Below are positions 1-6,838 of a stretch of DNA of 11,177 bases, one piece after another. The notes below the pieces were generated by a model. That model was not told the origin of the DNA. It searched no databases and saw only the letters and a list, made by a program, of their open reading frames with translations. The translations under genes were made by a program, and so were the position numbers. This stretch comes from Caedimonas varicaedens. GTDB lineage: Bacteria; Pseudomonadota; Alphaproteobacteria; Caedimonadales; Caedimonadaceae. How positions within the stretch are numbered: position 1 is the stretch's first letter; the number at the start of each line of letters is the position of its first letter. The DNA is taken from NCBI GenBank assembly GCA_001192655.1, contig BBVC01000095.1, forward strand, positions 1 to 11,177. Reading direction: 5' to 3'.

Positions 1-2
1 AG

Positions 3-461
3 CTATATATCAGCATCAAGAAAAGCTTATTGAATCTGAAAATCCGGAAGGAAAAGCTAGTCTATAAACCTGTTATAGAACAATATGACCATCTTCTTGC
101 ATTTAGCCCCAAGAAAAAATTTCCTTTTCCCGTGAGTTGGGAGGAATTGTATTCTTTATTTCCAAGACTGCTTTGTTATAAAGGGGTTATCCTTTCTCCT
201 CATGATCTTGTTCTCTGCCTTCAGGAAAGCCATTATCAATCGTGTTTGATCCCCCTTCAGAAAAATACCTGTCGTTATGAAATAACAGAAGATCTTCGAC
301 TTGAGCTCAGCCAGATCATGGCACACGATCAACTTTGGTATTCTGTTTGTATTGAAGGCTTGAGCATCACTCAAGTAAGAGAATGCGCCAATTTAATGAT
401 CCCGCAAAAAGGAGAATTGATGGGATATGCTGAATTTTTGAATAAACACGGACACAACTAA
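3..461 (+). CDS. Hypothetical protein, probably 5'-truncated by the window edge
   Basis: Frame 3 is open from position 3 to the TAA at 459-461. The ORF-track start at 30 is a TTG, and the first in-frame ATG lies far downstream (MAHDQ...), so the gene probably begins upstream of the window. No recognisable motif. Confidence 0.4.
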   Translation, partial: LYISIKKSLLNLKIRKEKLVYKPVIEQYDHLLAFSPKKKFPFPVSWEELYSLFPRLLCYKGVILSPHDLVLCLQESHYQSCLIPLQKNTCRYEITEDLRLELSQIMAHDQLWYSVCIEGLSITQVRECANLMIPQKGELMGYAEFLNKHGHN

Positions 462-463
462 AA

Positions 464-480
464 CTTTTTACATTAAAAAG
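464..480. terminator. Weak AT-only hairpin in the 21-nt gap between convergent genes
   Basis: CTTTTTA (464-470), CAT loop, TAAAAAG (474-480): a perfect 7-bp inverted repeat. It is entirely A/T apart from one G:C pair, so stability is low. Confidence 0.25.
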
Positions 481-482
481 AG

Positions 483-1796
483 CTAAAATAATTTATGTTT
501 CAAGGTTGCCCAAAGCCCCTTTATTCCCCCTATTTTCTTAATTTCCCTTGATTTATCCTTGTAATCTTTTCCCGCGTCCAAAAGGTCTGAGAGATTTTTA
601 TTAATAATCAAGGGATCATAAGCTGCATCAGGGTCTTCTCTTATGGATCCACCATGAAGGGGAGCAAACCAGCTATAAACAGATTGTTTAAGTTTTGACA
701 AAAAACCAGAAGATGCTTCGTTGTTACCAACGCCCTTGAGCAACTTTCCCCGCTCAATAGCGTCGTTTGTATTATCAAGCGCAAGGAAACCTACGCTTTT
801 ATAGCCTGCGTATTTATCTGCTAGATAATCGCCCGCAAAAGGAATTTTTTTGAAAAGCGACTCGCTTGTTTTGCCCAAGCCAGTATTGGGAACAGGATCA
901 TGTTTTACATTATGGCGAATCATATTATTTTGTCCTACATGGGAATTAAGCCAGTTAAACGATGTATCATCTCCATATACTCTTGCAGGTGCCAGGAAAT
1001 ATCCGAAAAATGTGTTGCTCTTTATATTATCGAAGTGTTCTCCAAAAGTCCTTTTCCCATAGTTTGCGGCAAGATCAGCAATGGCAAGAGACGCCAGAGA
1101 ACCACCTTGACTATGACCCGTTACAACAATCTTTACATCAGACTTCTTTTCAGGGCTGAGTGAATTTATAAAAAAATCAAGGGTGTTTTCCATGTTTTCT
1201 CTTGAACTTTGATATTTTAAGGCAATCCCTCGATGAACCCTACCTGGCATCATTAAACCCAGATCTTTTGCTAAAGTTTTTTTTGCATCTAGATTATTTT
1301 CCCAATCTTCTGAATTAGAGGAACCATGATACACAATTGTTATCATATTCAGCTTCGCATTATAGGCTACAAATCCAGGCGTATCATCATGAGAAAGCTT
1401 GATGCCATTTTTACCTGAAAAAGTCTTTATTTCCCAACCTTCATCCCTGAATTTCTGGATATAGGCAGCTGATTTTTTATCATGTTCTTTAACAATTGCA
1501 TAACTGAGATCATTCATCTCGAGAAGAGCATCCAGACTTTTCTGCAAAAGAGGATTAACTTCCAGATGATTATCAACCCCAGTACTTACAAGCGGTTGAT
1601 TTCTTTTATATTGTTCAGGATCTGTGTTTTCTATACTATGAGGGTGCGCACTATTTTCAAACAGGTCATCCCTGTTAATCTGACTATTTCTTTGGATAGC
1701 TTGAGTATGAGACTGTAAGTTTTCATCCGTAGAGAAATAATCACTTGCGAAAGATTCTTCAAATAATAAAATAATAATAAATATATACTTTATCAT
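483..1796 (-). CDS. Secreted class-3 (Lipase_3 family) lipase / phospholipase A1-like esterase
   Basis: 437-aa ORF. The nucleophile elbow VVTGHSQGGSLA (GHSQG encoded at 1104-1118, Ser229 codon at 1110-1112) follows the YHGS(S) strand typical of Lipase_3. A candidate catalytic Asp lies in HDPVPN (D300, 897-899), with a later His (PLHGG). The N-terminus MIKYIFIIILLFEESFA|SD looks like a Sec signal peptide. AGGTGA RBS lies 3 nt upstream of the ATG on the minus strand. Confidence 0.85.
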   Translation of the reverse strand: MIKYIFIIILLFEESFASDYFSTDENLQSHTQAIQRNSQINRDDLFENSAHPHSIENTDPEQYKRNQPLVSTGVDNHLEVNPLLQKSLDALLEMNDLSYAIVKEHDKKSAAYIQKFRDEGWEIKTFSGKNGIKLSHDDTPGFVAYNAKLNMITIVYHGSSNSEDWENNLDAKKTLAKDLGLMMPGRVHRGIALKYQSSRENMENTLDFFINSLSPEKKSDVKIVVTGHSQGGSLASLAIADLAANYGKRTFGEHFDNIKSNTFFGYFLAPARVYGDDTSFNWLNSHVGQNNMIRHNVKHDPVPNTGLGKTSESLFKKIPFAGDYLADKYAGYKSVGFLALDNTNDAIERGKLLKGVGNNEASSGFLSKLKQSVYSWFAPLHGGSIREDPDAAYDPLIINKNLSDLLDAGKDYKDKSREIKKIGGIKGLWATLKHKLF

Positions 1797-2027
1797 GATT
1801 CACCTAAAAATTATACATTAACACAGTACAATTGTAGTAAAAAATAATAAAAATATTATGAATTACAAAAAAATAATTTAGTATATTAGGTAATTTTAAT
1901 TTTTTTAGATATTATAAAGAAATAATAGAAAGCCTGTGAGCAGTAATATTGTAGAGAAGATAAAGACAAAAAATCATAAGATTTGTCATAAAGTCTCAAA
2001 AAATCTTCATAAAAATTTAAGAATTTC

Positions 2028-2056
2028 TGGACAAAAATCTCTTAATCACTTCTAAT
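2028..2056 (+). promoter_or_regulatory. Candidate sigma70 promoter for the DD-carboxypeptidase gene
   Basis: TGGACA (2028-2033, 5/6 to TTGACA), a 17-nt spacer, then TCTAAT (2051-2056, 5/6 to TATAAT). If real, the transcript would start near 2063, which argues against the GTG at 2073 as the start codon. Confidence 0.35.
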
Positions 2057-2105
2057 GTTATATTGTGCCTAAGTGTTATTATGGAGATTCAGAAAAGTGA
2101 AGAGA

Positions 2106-3347
2106 ATGCTTTTAAATTTGATGAGTGTGAGACTTTTTAGTGTTTTTACTTTCATCTTGTTGAATTTGTATGTTTTTTCTTCACCTGTTCAGGCGGTTAA
2201 ATATGCAGCACTTGTCATGGATGCTCATACAGGAAAAATCTTTCATACAAGTCAGGCAAATGTAAAAGTACCTCCTGCTTCTCTTACAAAAATAGCGACG
2301 CTTTATATCGTATTTGAAGAGCTTGAAGCAAAAAGATTAACTTTGGATTCAGTCATTAAGATTTCTAAAAATGCGGCTAAGCAGCCCCCCTGTAAACTTG
2401 GAATTCCTGCGGGGAAAACAATCTCGCTCAAAGAAGCTATTCTTGCGATAATGACGCGCTCAGCTAATGATATATCAGTAGCTGTTGCTGAAAAAATTTC
2501 AGGGACTGAGGCTGCCTTTGTTCAACGTATGAACCGCACGGCGTATGCGCTCGGGATGTACGATACGATCTTTAAAAATACTTCCGGTTTGCCCCATAAA
2601 AAACAAATAACCACAGCGAGCAATATGGCACGCCTTTCTCAGGCTCTTTTAAAAAGATTTCCCACGTATTATCGCTATTTCAGCACGAAAGTATTTAAGT
2701 ATAAGGGGCAAGAAATCCGTAATCATAATAAGTTACTGGGGCGCGTAGAGGGACTAGATGGCATTAAGACCGGGTTTGTCTGCGCTTCAGGTTTTAATAT
2801 TGCTACGTCTGCTGTGCGGGAGGGGCGCCGACTTATTGTTGTTGTCATGGGCGGTGCAACCCCTCAATGGCGTGATGAGCGCGTCATACACCTTCTGGAA
2901 ACAGCTTTTTCTCAATTGTCTCAAAAAAATAACAGGCTATCTCGTGAACCGTTACTTCTTGCAAAAGAAGAGTCTGAGTTTCCTCTTCAGACCACAGCCT
3001 ATAAGGAAACAATGGAAGACTCTCAACTTCCCGCACAGAAAAACGTCAGTGAGAAAAAAAATCCAGGAGATTGGTACGTCCAAGTAGGAACTTACAAGAA
3101 GGCAAATGATGCCCACATGGCGGCCGCCTTGTTGCTTGCAAAGCTGCCAGAGCATTATAACCCGGTCATTTCTGTCTCCAAATCGGACCTCAAACGGGCA
3201 AAGCATTATCGTGCACGGTTGGGTGGTTTTGATAAAGCTTCTGCGAATAAAGTATGTAAACTATTGAGAAAGCAAGGTGTGTCCTGCCTTGCCCTTAAAG
3301 AATCTTCCCGCACCAAAATGTTGACGGCTATGGTGGAAACAGGATAA
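2106..3347 (+). CDS. D-alanyl-D-alanine carboxypeptidase (peptidase S11, PBP5/6-like) with C-terminal SPOR domain
   Basis: All three penicillin-binding motifs are present in order: SLTK (2280-2291), SAN (2460-2468), KTG (2766-2774). Signal peptide MSVRLFSVFTFILLNLYVFSSPVQA|VK. The C-terminal about 75 aa (3072-3300; WYVQVGTYKKANDA...YRARLGGFDKASANKVCKLLRKQGVSC) has the SPOR pattern. The start is ambiguous among GTG 2073, ATG 2106 and ATG 2121; an ATG is preferred. Confidence 0.88.
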   Translation: MLLNLMSVRLFSVFTFILLNLYVFSSPVQAVKYAALVMDAHTGKIFHTSQANVKVPPASLTKIATLYIVFEELEAKRLTLDSVIKISKNAAKQPPCKLGIPAGKTISLKEAILAIMTRSANDISVAVAEKISGTEAAFVQRMNRTAYALGMYDTIFKNTSGLPHKKQITTASNMARLSQALLKRFPTYYRYFSTKVFKYKGQEIRNHNKLLGRVEGLDGIKTGFVCASGFNIATSAVREGRRLIVVVMGGATPQWRDERVIHLLETAFSQLSQKNNRLSREPLLLAKEESEFPLQTTAYKETMEDSQLPAQKNVSEKKNPGDWYVQVGTYKKANDAHMAAALLLAKLPEHYNPVISVSKSDLKRAKHYRARLGGFDKASANKVCKLLRKQGVSCLALKESSRTKMLTAMVETG

Positions 3348-3373
3348 GTAAAAAATTAGTTTTGGCAGCACAG

Positions 3374-3466
3374 ACAGGAATTTTTTGTATATAAAGACGA
3401 AGATACTTGAATCAGGATGCTTTTTGCCTGTAAGTTAACCGTTAAAAATACTTACAGGAATTTTTT
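3374..3466 (+). repeat. 13-bp direct repeat ACAGGAATTTTTT (3374-3386 and 3454-3466)
   Basis: Exact 13-nt match read directly from the sequence. The copies start 80 bp apart in the dacA-like/lysS intergenic region, and the second copy overlaps the 3' arm and T-run of the hairpin. Confidence 0.7.
3427..3466 (+). terminator. Intrinsic-terminator-like hairpin plus T-run just upstream of the lysS start (upstream-gene terminator or lysS leader attenuator)
   Basis: CCTGTAAGT (3427-3435) pairs perfectly with ACTTACAGG (3450-3458) across a 14-nt loop, followed by AATTTTTT (T-run 3461-3466). It ends 8 nt before the ATG at 3474. Confidence 0.45.
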
Positions 3467-3473
3467 AAAACCC

Positions 3474-4991
3474 ATGGCACACACAAAAGACTCTCTTTCA
3501 GATTTGAAAACAGAACTGGAAAATGAAACCAATCAATTCCGGGCTGCTCGCCTGACTAAATTAAAAGCTGTCTATGATTTAAATATAGACCCCTATCCTT
3601 CTGGTTTCAAAAAAGAACACGAGATTAGCGATCTTTTATCTCGATATTCTTTTTTAGAAGAGGGGCAAGAAACCCAAGACGTTGTGACAATTGCGGGTCG
3701 TATCCTGTCTATCCGTAATAGTGGCATGTTTATAGATTTACATGGACCTTCTGCAAAAATTCAGATATTTTCTCATAAAAACCATTTATCTGAAACCCAG
3801 CAAAAACTTTTATTGCTTCTGGATCTGGGAGATTTTATTGGAGTCAAGGGGACAGTGCGTCGCACACCCCGTGGAGAGATCACGATCAATGCCCAGGAAA
3901 TTACACTTTTAGGTAAAGCTCTTTTGCCGCCCCCCGAAAAATATCATGGATTAAGCGACCTGGAAACCCGCTACAGACAGCGTTATCTTGATTTAATGGC
4001 GAATCCTGAAACACGAGAACGCCTGCGTCAACGCTCACAAATCATTTCTGAAATTCGCTCCTGGCTTACTTCCCATAGTTTTTTGGAAGTGGAGACACCT
4101 ATGCTCCATACACTCGCAGGGGGAGCAGCGGCGCGACCGTTTAAAACCTATCATAACGCTCTTGATATGGAACTTTTTTTGCGCATCGCTCCAGAACTTT
4201 TTCTCAAGCGTCTTATCGTTGGCGGACTTTCAGATAAAATTTTTGAAATTAACCGCAATTTCCGCAATGAAGGAATTTCGACACGTCACAATCCTGAATT
4301 TACCATGATAGAGATCTATCAAGCTTATGCTGATGGAGATGTCATGATAGATTTGACAGAATCTCTTATGTATCACGTGGCACGCGAAGTCTTTGGTTCA
4401 GAAGAATTTGTTTTTGAGGAAAAAAAGCTTGATTTCAAAAAACCCTGGAACCGCAAACCTATGTTGACATTGGTAGAGGAAGCGACAAGCATTTGCTTTG
4501 AAAAAATTCATTCCCTTGAAGACGCAAAGAAAGCAGCGCATCAGAAAGGGATTGATGCAAATGATGCGCCGACCTGGGGACACGTTGTCGAGCAAGTATT
4601 TGCTGAGAAGGTTGAACATACGCTTATTCAACCTATCCATGTGACCGAATTTCCCCTTGATATTTCTCCTCTTGCCAAACCTCATCGCCATAAACCACGC
4701 CTGACCGAGCGATTTGAGACCTATATTAATGGCTGGGAGATAGCGAATGGATTTTCCGAGCTTTCTGATCCGCGTGACCAGCGGGAACGTTTTATGGAAC
4801 AAATGCGCGAGAAAGCTGCGGGGAATGAAGAAGCCATGCCGTTTGATGCGGACTTTATTACAGCTCTTGAGTATGGTTTTCCGCCTGCAGGAGGGCTTGG
4901 TATAGGAATTGATCGACTTGTCATGTTACTAACCAATTCACCCAGTATTCGCGATGTGATTGCTTTTCCAACCATGAGACTCAAAGAGTAA
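3474..4991 (+). CDS. lysS: Lysine--tRNA ligase, class II
   Basis: Class II motif 2 FRNEGISTRHNPEFTMIE (4260-4313) and motif 3 GGLGIGIDRLVMLL (starting 4890). An N-terminal OB anticodon-binding region is present (VTIAGRILSIRNSGMFIDLHG). The length from ATG 3474 (505 aa) and the N-terminal register (..ELENETNQFRAARLTKL) match typical LysS. The 19 extra codons from ATG 3417 look spurious. Confidence 0.95.
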   Translation: MAHTKDSLSDLKTELENETNQFRAARLTKLKAVYDLNIDPYPSGFKKEHEISDLLSRYSFLEEGQETQDVVTIAGRILSIRNSGMFIDLHGPSAKIQIFSHKNHLSETQQKLLLLLDLGDFIGVKGTVRRTPRGEITINAQEITLLGKALLPPPEKYHGLSDLETRYRQRYLDLMANPETRERLRQRSQIISEIRSWLTSHSFLEVETPMLHTLAGGAAARPFKTYHNALDMELFLRIAPELFLKRLIVGGLSDKIFEINRNFRNEGISTRHNPEFTMIEIYQAYADGDVMIDLTESLMYHVAREVFGSEEFVFEEKKLDFKKPWNRKPMLTLVEEATSICFEKIHSLEDAKKAAHQKGIDANDAPTWGHVVEQVFAEKVEHTLIQPIHVTEFPLDISPLAKPHRHKPRLTERFETYINGWEIANGFSELSDPRDQRERFMEQMREKAAGNEEAMPFDADFITALEYGFPPAGGLGIGIDRLVMLLTNSPSIRDVIAFPTMRLKE

Positions 4992-5036
4992 ATCTGGACA
5001 AGCATATTGACAGAAAAAATAACCGTAAAAAAGAAA

Positions 5037-5070
5037 AACACTCTGAAATTCCCACGAATTTCAGAGTGTT
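5037..5070. terminator. Rho-independent terminator shared by convergent lysS and the repressor gene
   Basis: Perfect 14-bp stem AACACTCTGAAATT / AATTTCAGAGTGTT with loop CCCACG (5051-5056). On the minus strand it is followed by TTTCTTTTTT, a good U-tract for the 5081-5974 gene. On the plus strand only TTTG follows. Confidence 0.8.
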
Positions 5071-5080
5071 TGAAAAGAAA

Positions 5081-5974
5081 TTAAGCGGCTTCAATCACCC
5101 CAATCACGCGATAGACAACTTTCATTGAGTTATTATCAATGTTTACAAGGTCATCATTTGATGCAGGTTGTGTTTTTGAACTCCGGTATACACGCAGCGT
5201 TATACAATCATTGTGTTCATGGTGGGAAGACCAGCCAATAAACTCACCAACGTATGCACGGTTATCATGTGTAATAACTAGAACTGAACAGTTTTGTGAT
5301 AACGGACGTGTTGGATGAGCAAAGATGTGATCTCCTGGACGATAACGTGATCCACCATATTCCCCGCTGACTTGGAAAGAAATAGCTCCTGGAACTCCGA
5401 CCAATGCGTGTGGCCGATTTATCCATTCAGAAGGTGCTTCAAATTCAATGGTGCAAACTTTATCGTTAAGCGTCTTGAGTTGGTAAAGAGGAAGGTCGGG
5501 TGCATTTAAACGAGGCACTGAAAATCCCTGTCCCTGTTCATAGGCTTCAGGTTCAGCAAGATGCATAACAGAAGAGTTAAACTTGTTGCCATAAGAATCA
5601 TTGGAAAGAAGATCCCCCGGATGGCAGGACAAAATATTTGCCAATCTTTGCAGGATATCTGCATTCAAGCGTCGCGTTCCGCTTTCAAGGCGAGAAAGGT
5701 AGGAAGGAGACAGTTTTGTCAAATTCGCTAATTCTTCAAGAGTAAATCCTCTTTGCAATCTTAAATCGCGCAGTGGGTGACGCGAACGCCTGCGTTTGCG
5801 TGTTAAAAGCTTATTTGCAACTGTTTGATTAAAACGATTCTGGATGATATTTCCAAAAGTTGAATCGCGGGAGTGAGTCCGCGAATCGTTGGCTGGCTGT
5901 TGGTTGATTTTACTTTCATTTGATTGCCAGTTTGTCTTTGAACTTGACCCTGCTTGCTTATTTTTTGTTTTCAT
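5081..5974 (-). CDS. XRE-family HTH transcriptional regulator with LexA/cI-type S24-like C-terminal domain (catalytic dyad apparently degenerate)
   Basis: HTH_3-type segment LRDLRLQRGFTLEELANLTKLSPSYLSRLESGTRRLNADILQRLANIL (about 5609-5776). The C-terminal about 138 aa (5084-5497) follows the LexA/cI layout: LPLY..., VSGEYGG (5351-5371) where G-[DM]-S-M is expected, PGDHIF in place of GD-x-V, and a terminal VIGVI strand. The N-terminal about 66 aa are basic, S/N/Q-rich and probably disordered. AAGGGA RBS lies 8 nt upstream. Confidence 0.8.
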   Translation of the reverse strand: MKTKNKQAGSSSKTNWQSNESKINQQPANDSRTHSRDSTFGNIIQNRFNQTVANKLLTRKRRRSRHPLRDLRLQRGFTLEELANLTKLSPSYLSRLESGTRRLNADILQRLANILSCHPGDLLSNDSYGNKFNSSVMHLAEPEAYEQGQGFSVPRLNAPDLPLYQLKTLNDKVCTIEFEAPSEWINRPHALVGVPGAISFQVSGEYGGSRYRPGDHIFAHPTRPLSQNCSVLVITHDNRAYVGEFIGWSSHHEHNDCITLRVYRSSKTQPASNDDLVNIDNNSMKVVYRVIGVIEAA

Positions 5975-6217
5975 TTATTTTTCCCTTTTTCGCCTCATTT
6001 TCTTCATCATAAAACGATCATTTATATTCACGAGTATCCACATTTATACTTGTATTTGACAAAAATTTAAAAAAAAGTTGACAAATTTAGTCCTAAAGGT
6101 CAAAAAATAATTTCATGTATGACCCATATATTGTATATGCTACATTTATATTTTCATGCAAGAAACATTTTTAAAATTTTTGAATAATTTTACATTAATC
6201 CAGAAGGAATATACTCG
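5975..6217. promoter_or_regulatory. AT-rich divergent control region between the repressor gene and the two small + strand genes
   Basis: 243 bp of non-coding sequence between divergent start codons. It contains tandem TTGACAAA(n)TTTA elements (6056-6069 and 6078-6089, starting 22 bp apart), a 9-bp direct repeat ACATTTATA (6040-6048 and 6142-6150) and a palindrome at 6125-6139. Exact promoters could not be assigned. Confidence 0.6.
6125..6139. promoter_or_regulatory. Candidate operator palindrome CATATA-TTG-TATATG
   Basis: Perfect 6-bp inverted repeat with a 3-bp spacer, flanked by an offset second pair ATGTA (6115-6119) / TACAT (6141-6145). It lies about 80 bp upstream of the 6218 start. 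Confidence 0.35.
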
Positions 6218-6823
6218 ATGAGTGTCAAAACTTCCAGAAAACTTTGGTCTGAAAAAGAAATAGAATACCTTTACATAGGACATCATCTAGGAGCTCCACT
6301 TAAAACACTCTCTGTTGTCTTCAATAGAACGGAATCAGCTTTAAGTAAAGCGCTGGTACGATTGGGTATTCGGCAATATGGCGCAACACCAAGAGGGCAG
6401 AAACCAAAATCCAGAAAAATGTCTATCATCACTCCAGAAAGGCTGTATCAGGAAATTTCTGAGTTTGCAAAAAAGAAAGGATATTTGGATGTTTCCTCTT
6501 CTTCCCAGTCTTTGGAAAATCCTGATCAAGAGTCATCATCTTTTCTTCTTTTCCCCAACCCCTTACTGAATTTTCCTGAGAGAAAGAAATCTCAGCCTAT
6601 GCCCCAATGGCTGGATTTGGATTGTGTCATTGCTATGTTAAAAAACAGGGGACACGTCTTATGCCGCAATACAGACTATTCTCAAACTCTGCAGGGTTTA
6701 AAGGCAGATTTTTTGCTGGATGGAATTCCTTTGACAGCAGCGCAATTATTAATACGCGCCAATCGCCTTCGTATTGAACAGGGTTTGGAACCATTTTATG
6801 TTGAAAATATTACAGAACATTAA
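6218..6823 (+). CDS. Hypothetical protein with Myb/SANT- or GcrA-like N-terminal HTH
   Basis: 201-aa ORF with a GAAGGAA RBS about 8 nt upstream. The N-terminus KLWSEKEIEYL...GAPLKTLSVVFNRTESALSKALVRLGI (about 6239-6376) matches the W-[ST]-x-x-E...L...G...R-[ST]-x-x-A...K...RLG-[IL] pattern of GcrA/Myb-like DNA-binding modules. A Ser-rich linker follows, and the C-terminal half is unrecognised. Confidence 0.6.
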   Translation: MSVKTSRKLWSEKEIEYLYIGHHLGAPLKTLSVVFNRTESALSKALVRLGIRQYGATPRGQKPKSRKMSIITPERLYQEISEFAKKKGYLDVSSSSQSLENPDQESSSFLLFPNPLLNFPERKKSQPMPQWLDLDCVIAMLKNRGHVLCRNTDYSQTLQGLKADFLLDGIPLTAAQLLIRANRLRIEQGLEPFYVENITEH

Positions 6824-6838
6824 ATAAAAGAGGTTTTT

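Noticed and set aside
156-374. 72-aa minus-strand ORF inside the left-edge ORF
   Set aside because: It is short, nested antisense within a longer open frame, and has no RBS or motif.
850-1718. Four + strand ORFs (850-1062, 900-1163, 962-1159, 1482-1718) inside the lipase gene
   Set aside because: They lie entirely antisense to a 437-aa ORF with clear catalytic motifs. They overlap one another in different frames and have low-complexity, motif-free translations with no RBS. They are shadow ORFs.
483-1796. The lipase as a T6SS-delivered Tle-type antibacterial effector
   Set aside because: It has an apparent Sec signal peptide and no adjacent small immunity-like gene. It is on the opposite strand, about 6 kb and several housekeeping genes away from the T6SS genes. 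The idea is kept only as a low-probability alternative in the lipase finding.
2073-2105. GTG 2073 as the carboxypeptidase start
   Set aside because: It lies only about 10 nt after the transcription start predicted from the 2028-2056 promoter and has no SD. The downstream ATGs at 2106 and 2121 give a canonical signal peptide. This is not excluded, only less likely.
2758-3206. ORFs 2758-3087 (+) and 2952-3206 (-) within the carboxypeptidase gene
   Set aside because: They overlap the frame that carries KTG and the SPOR domain, and their own translations show no recognisable features.
3417-3473. ATG 3417 as the lysS start (524-aa form in the ORF track)
   Set aside because: It adds 19 residues (MLFACKLTVKNTYRNFLKP) with no counterpart in the LysRS N-termini I know and has no SD. 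It would also place the 9-bp hairpin and T-run inside coding sequence. ATG 3474 gives the usual length and register.
4398-5041. Minus-strand ORFs 4398-4802 and 4721-5041 opposite lysS
   Set aside because: They are antisense to the region encoding LysRS motif 3, which is conserved in the + frame. The second ORF would also run through the intergenic region towards the terminator hairpin.
6115-6174. 19-codon mini-ORF (MYDPYIVYATFIFSCKKHF) in the divergent control region
   Set aside because: It has no SD sequence and lies in AT-rich DNA where short ORFs arise by chance. It also overlaps the palindromes, which are better explained as operator sites.
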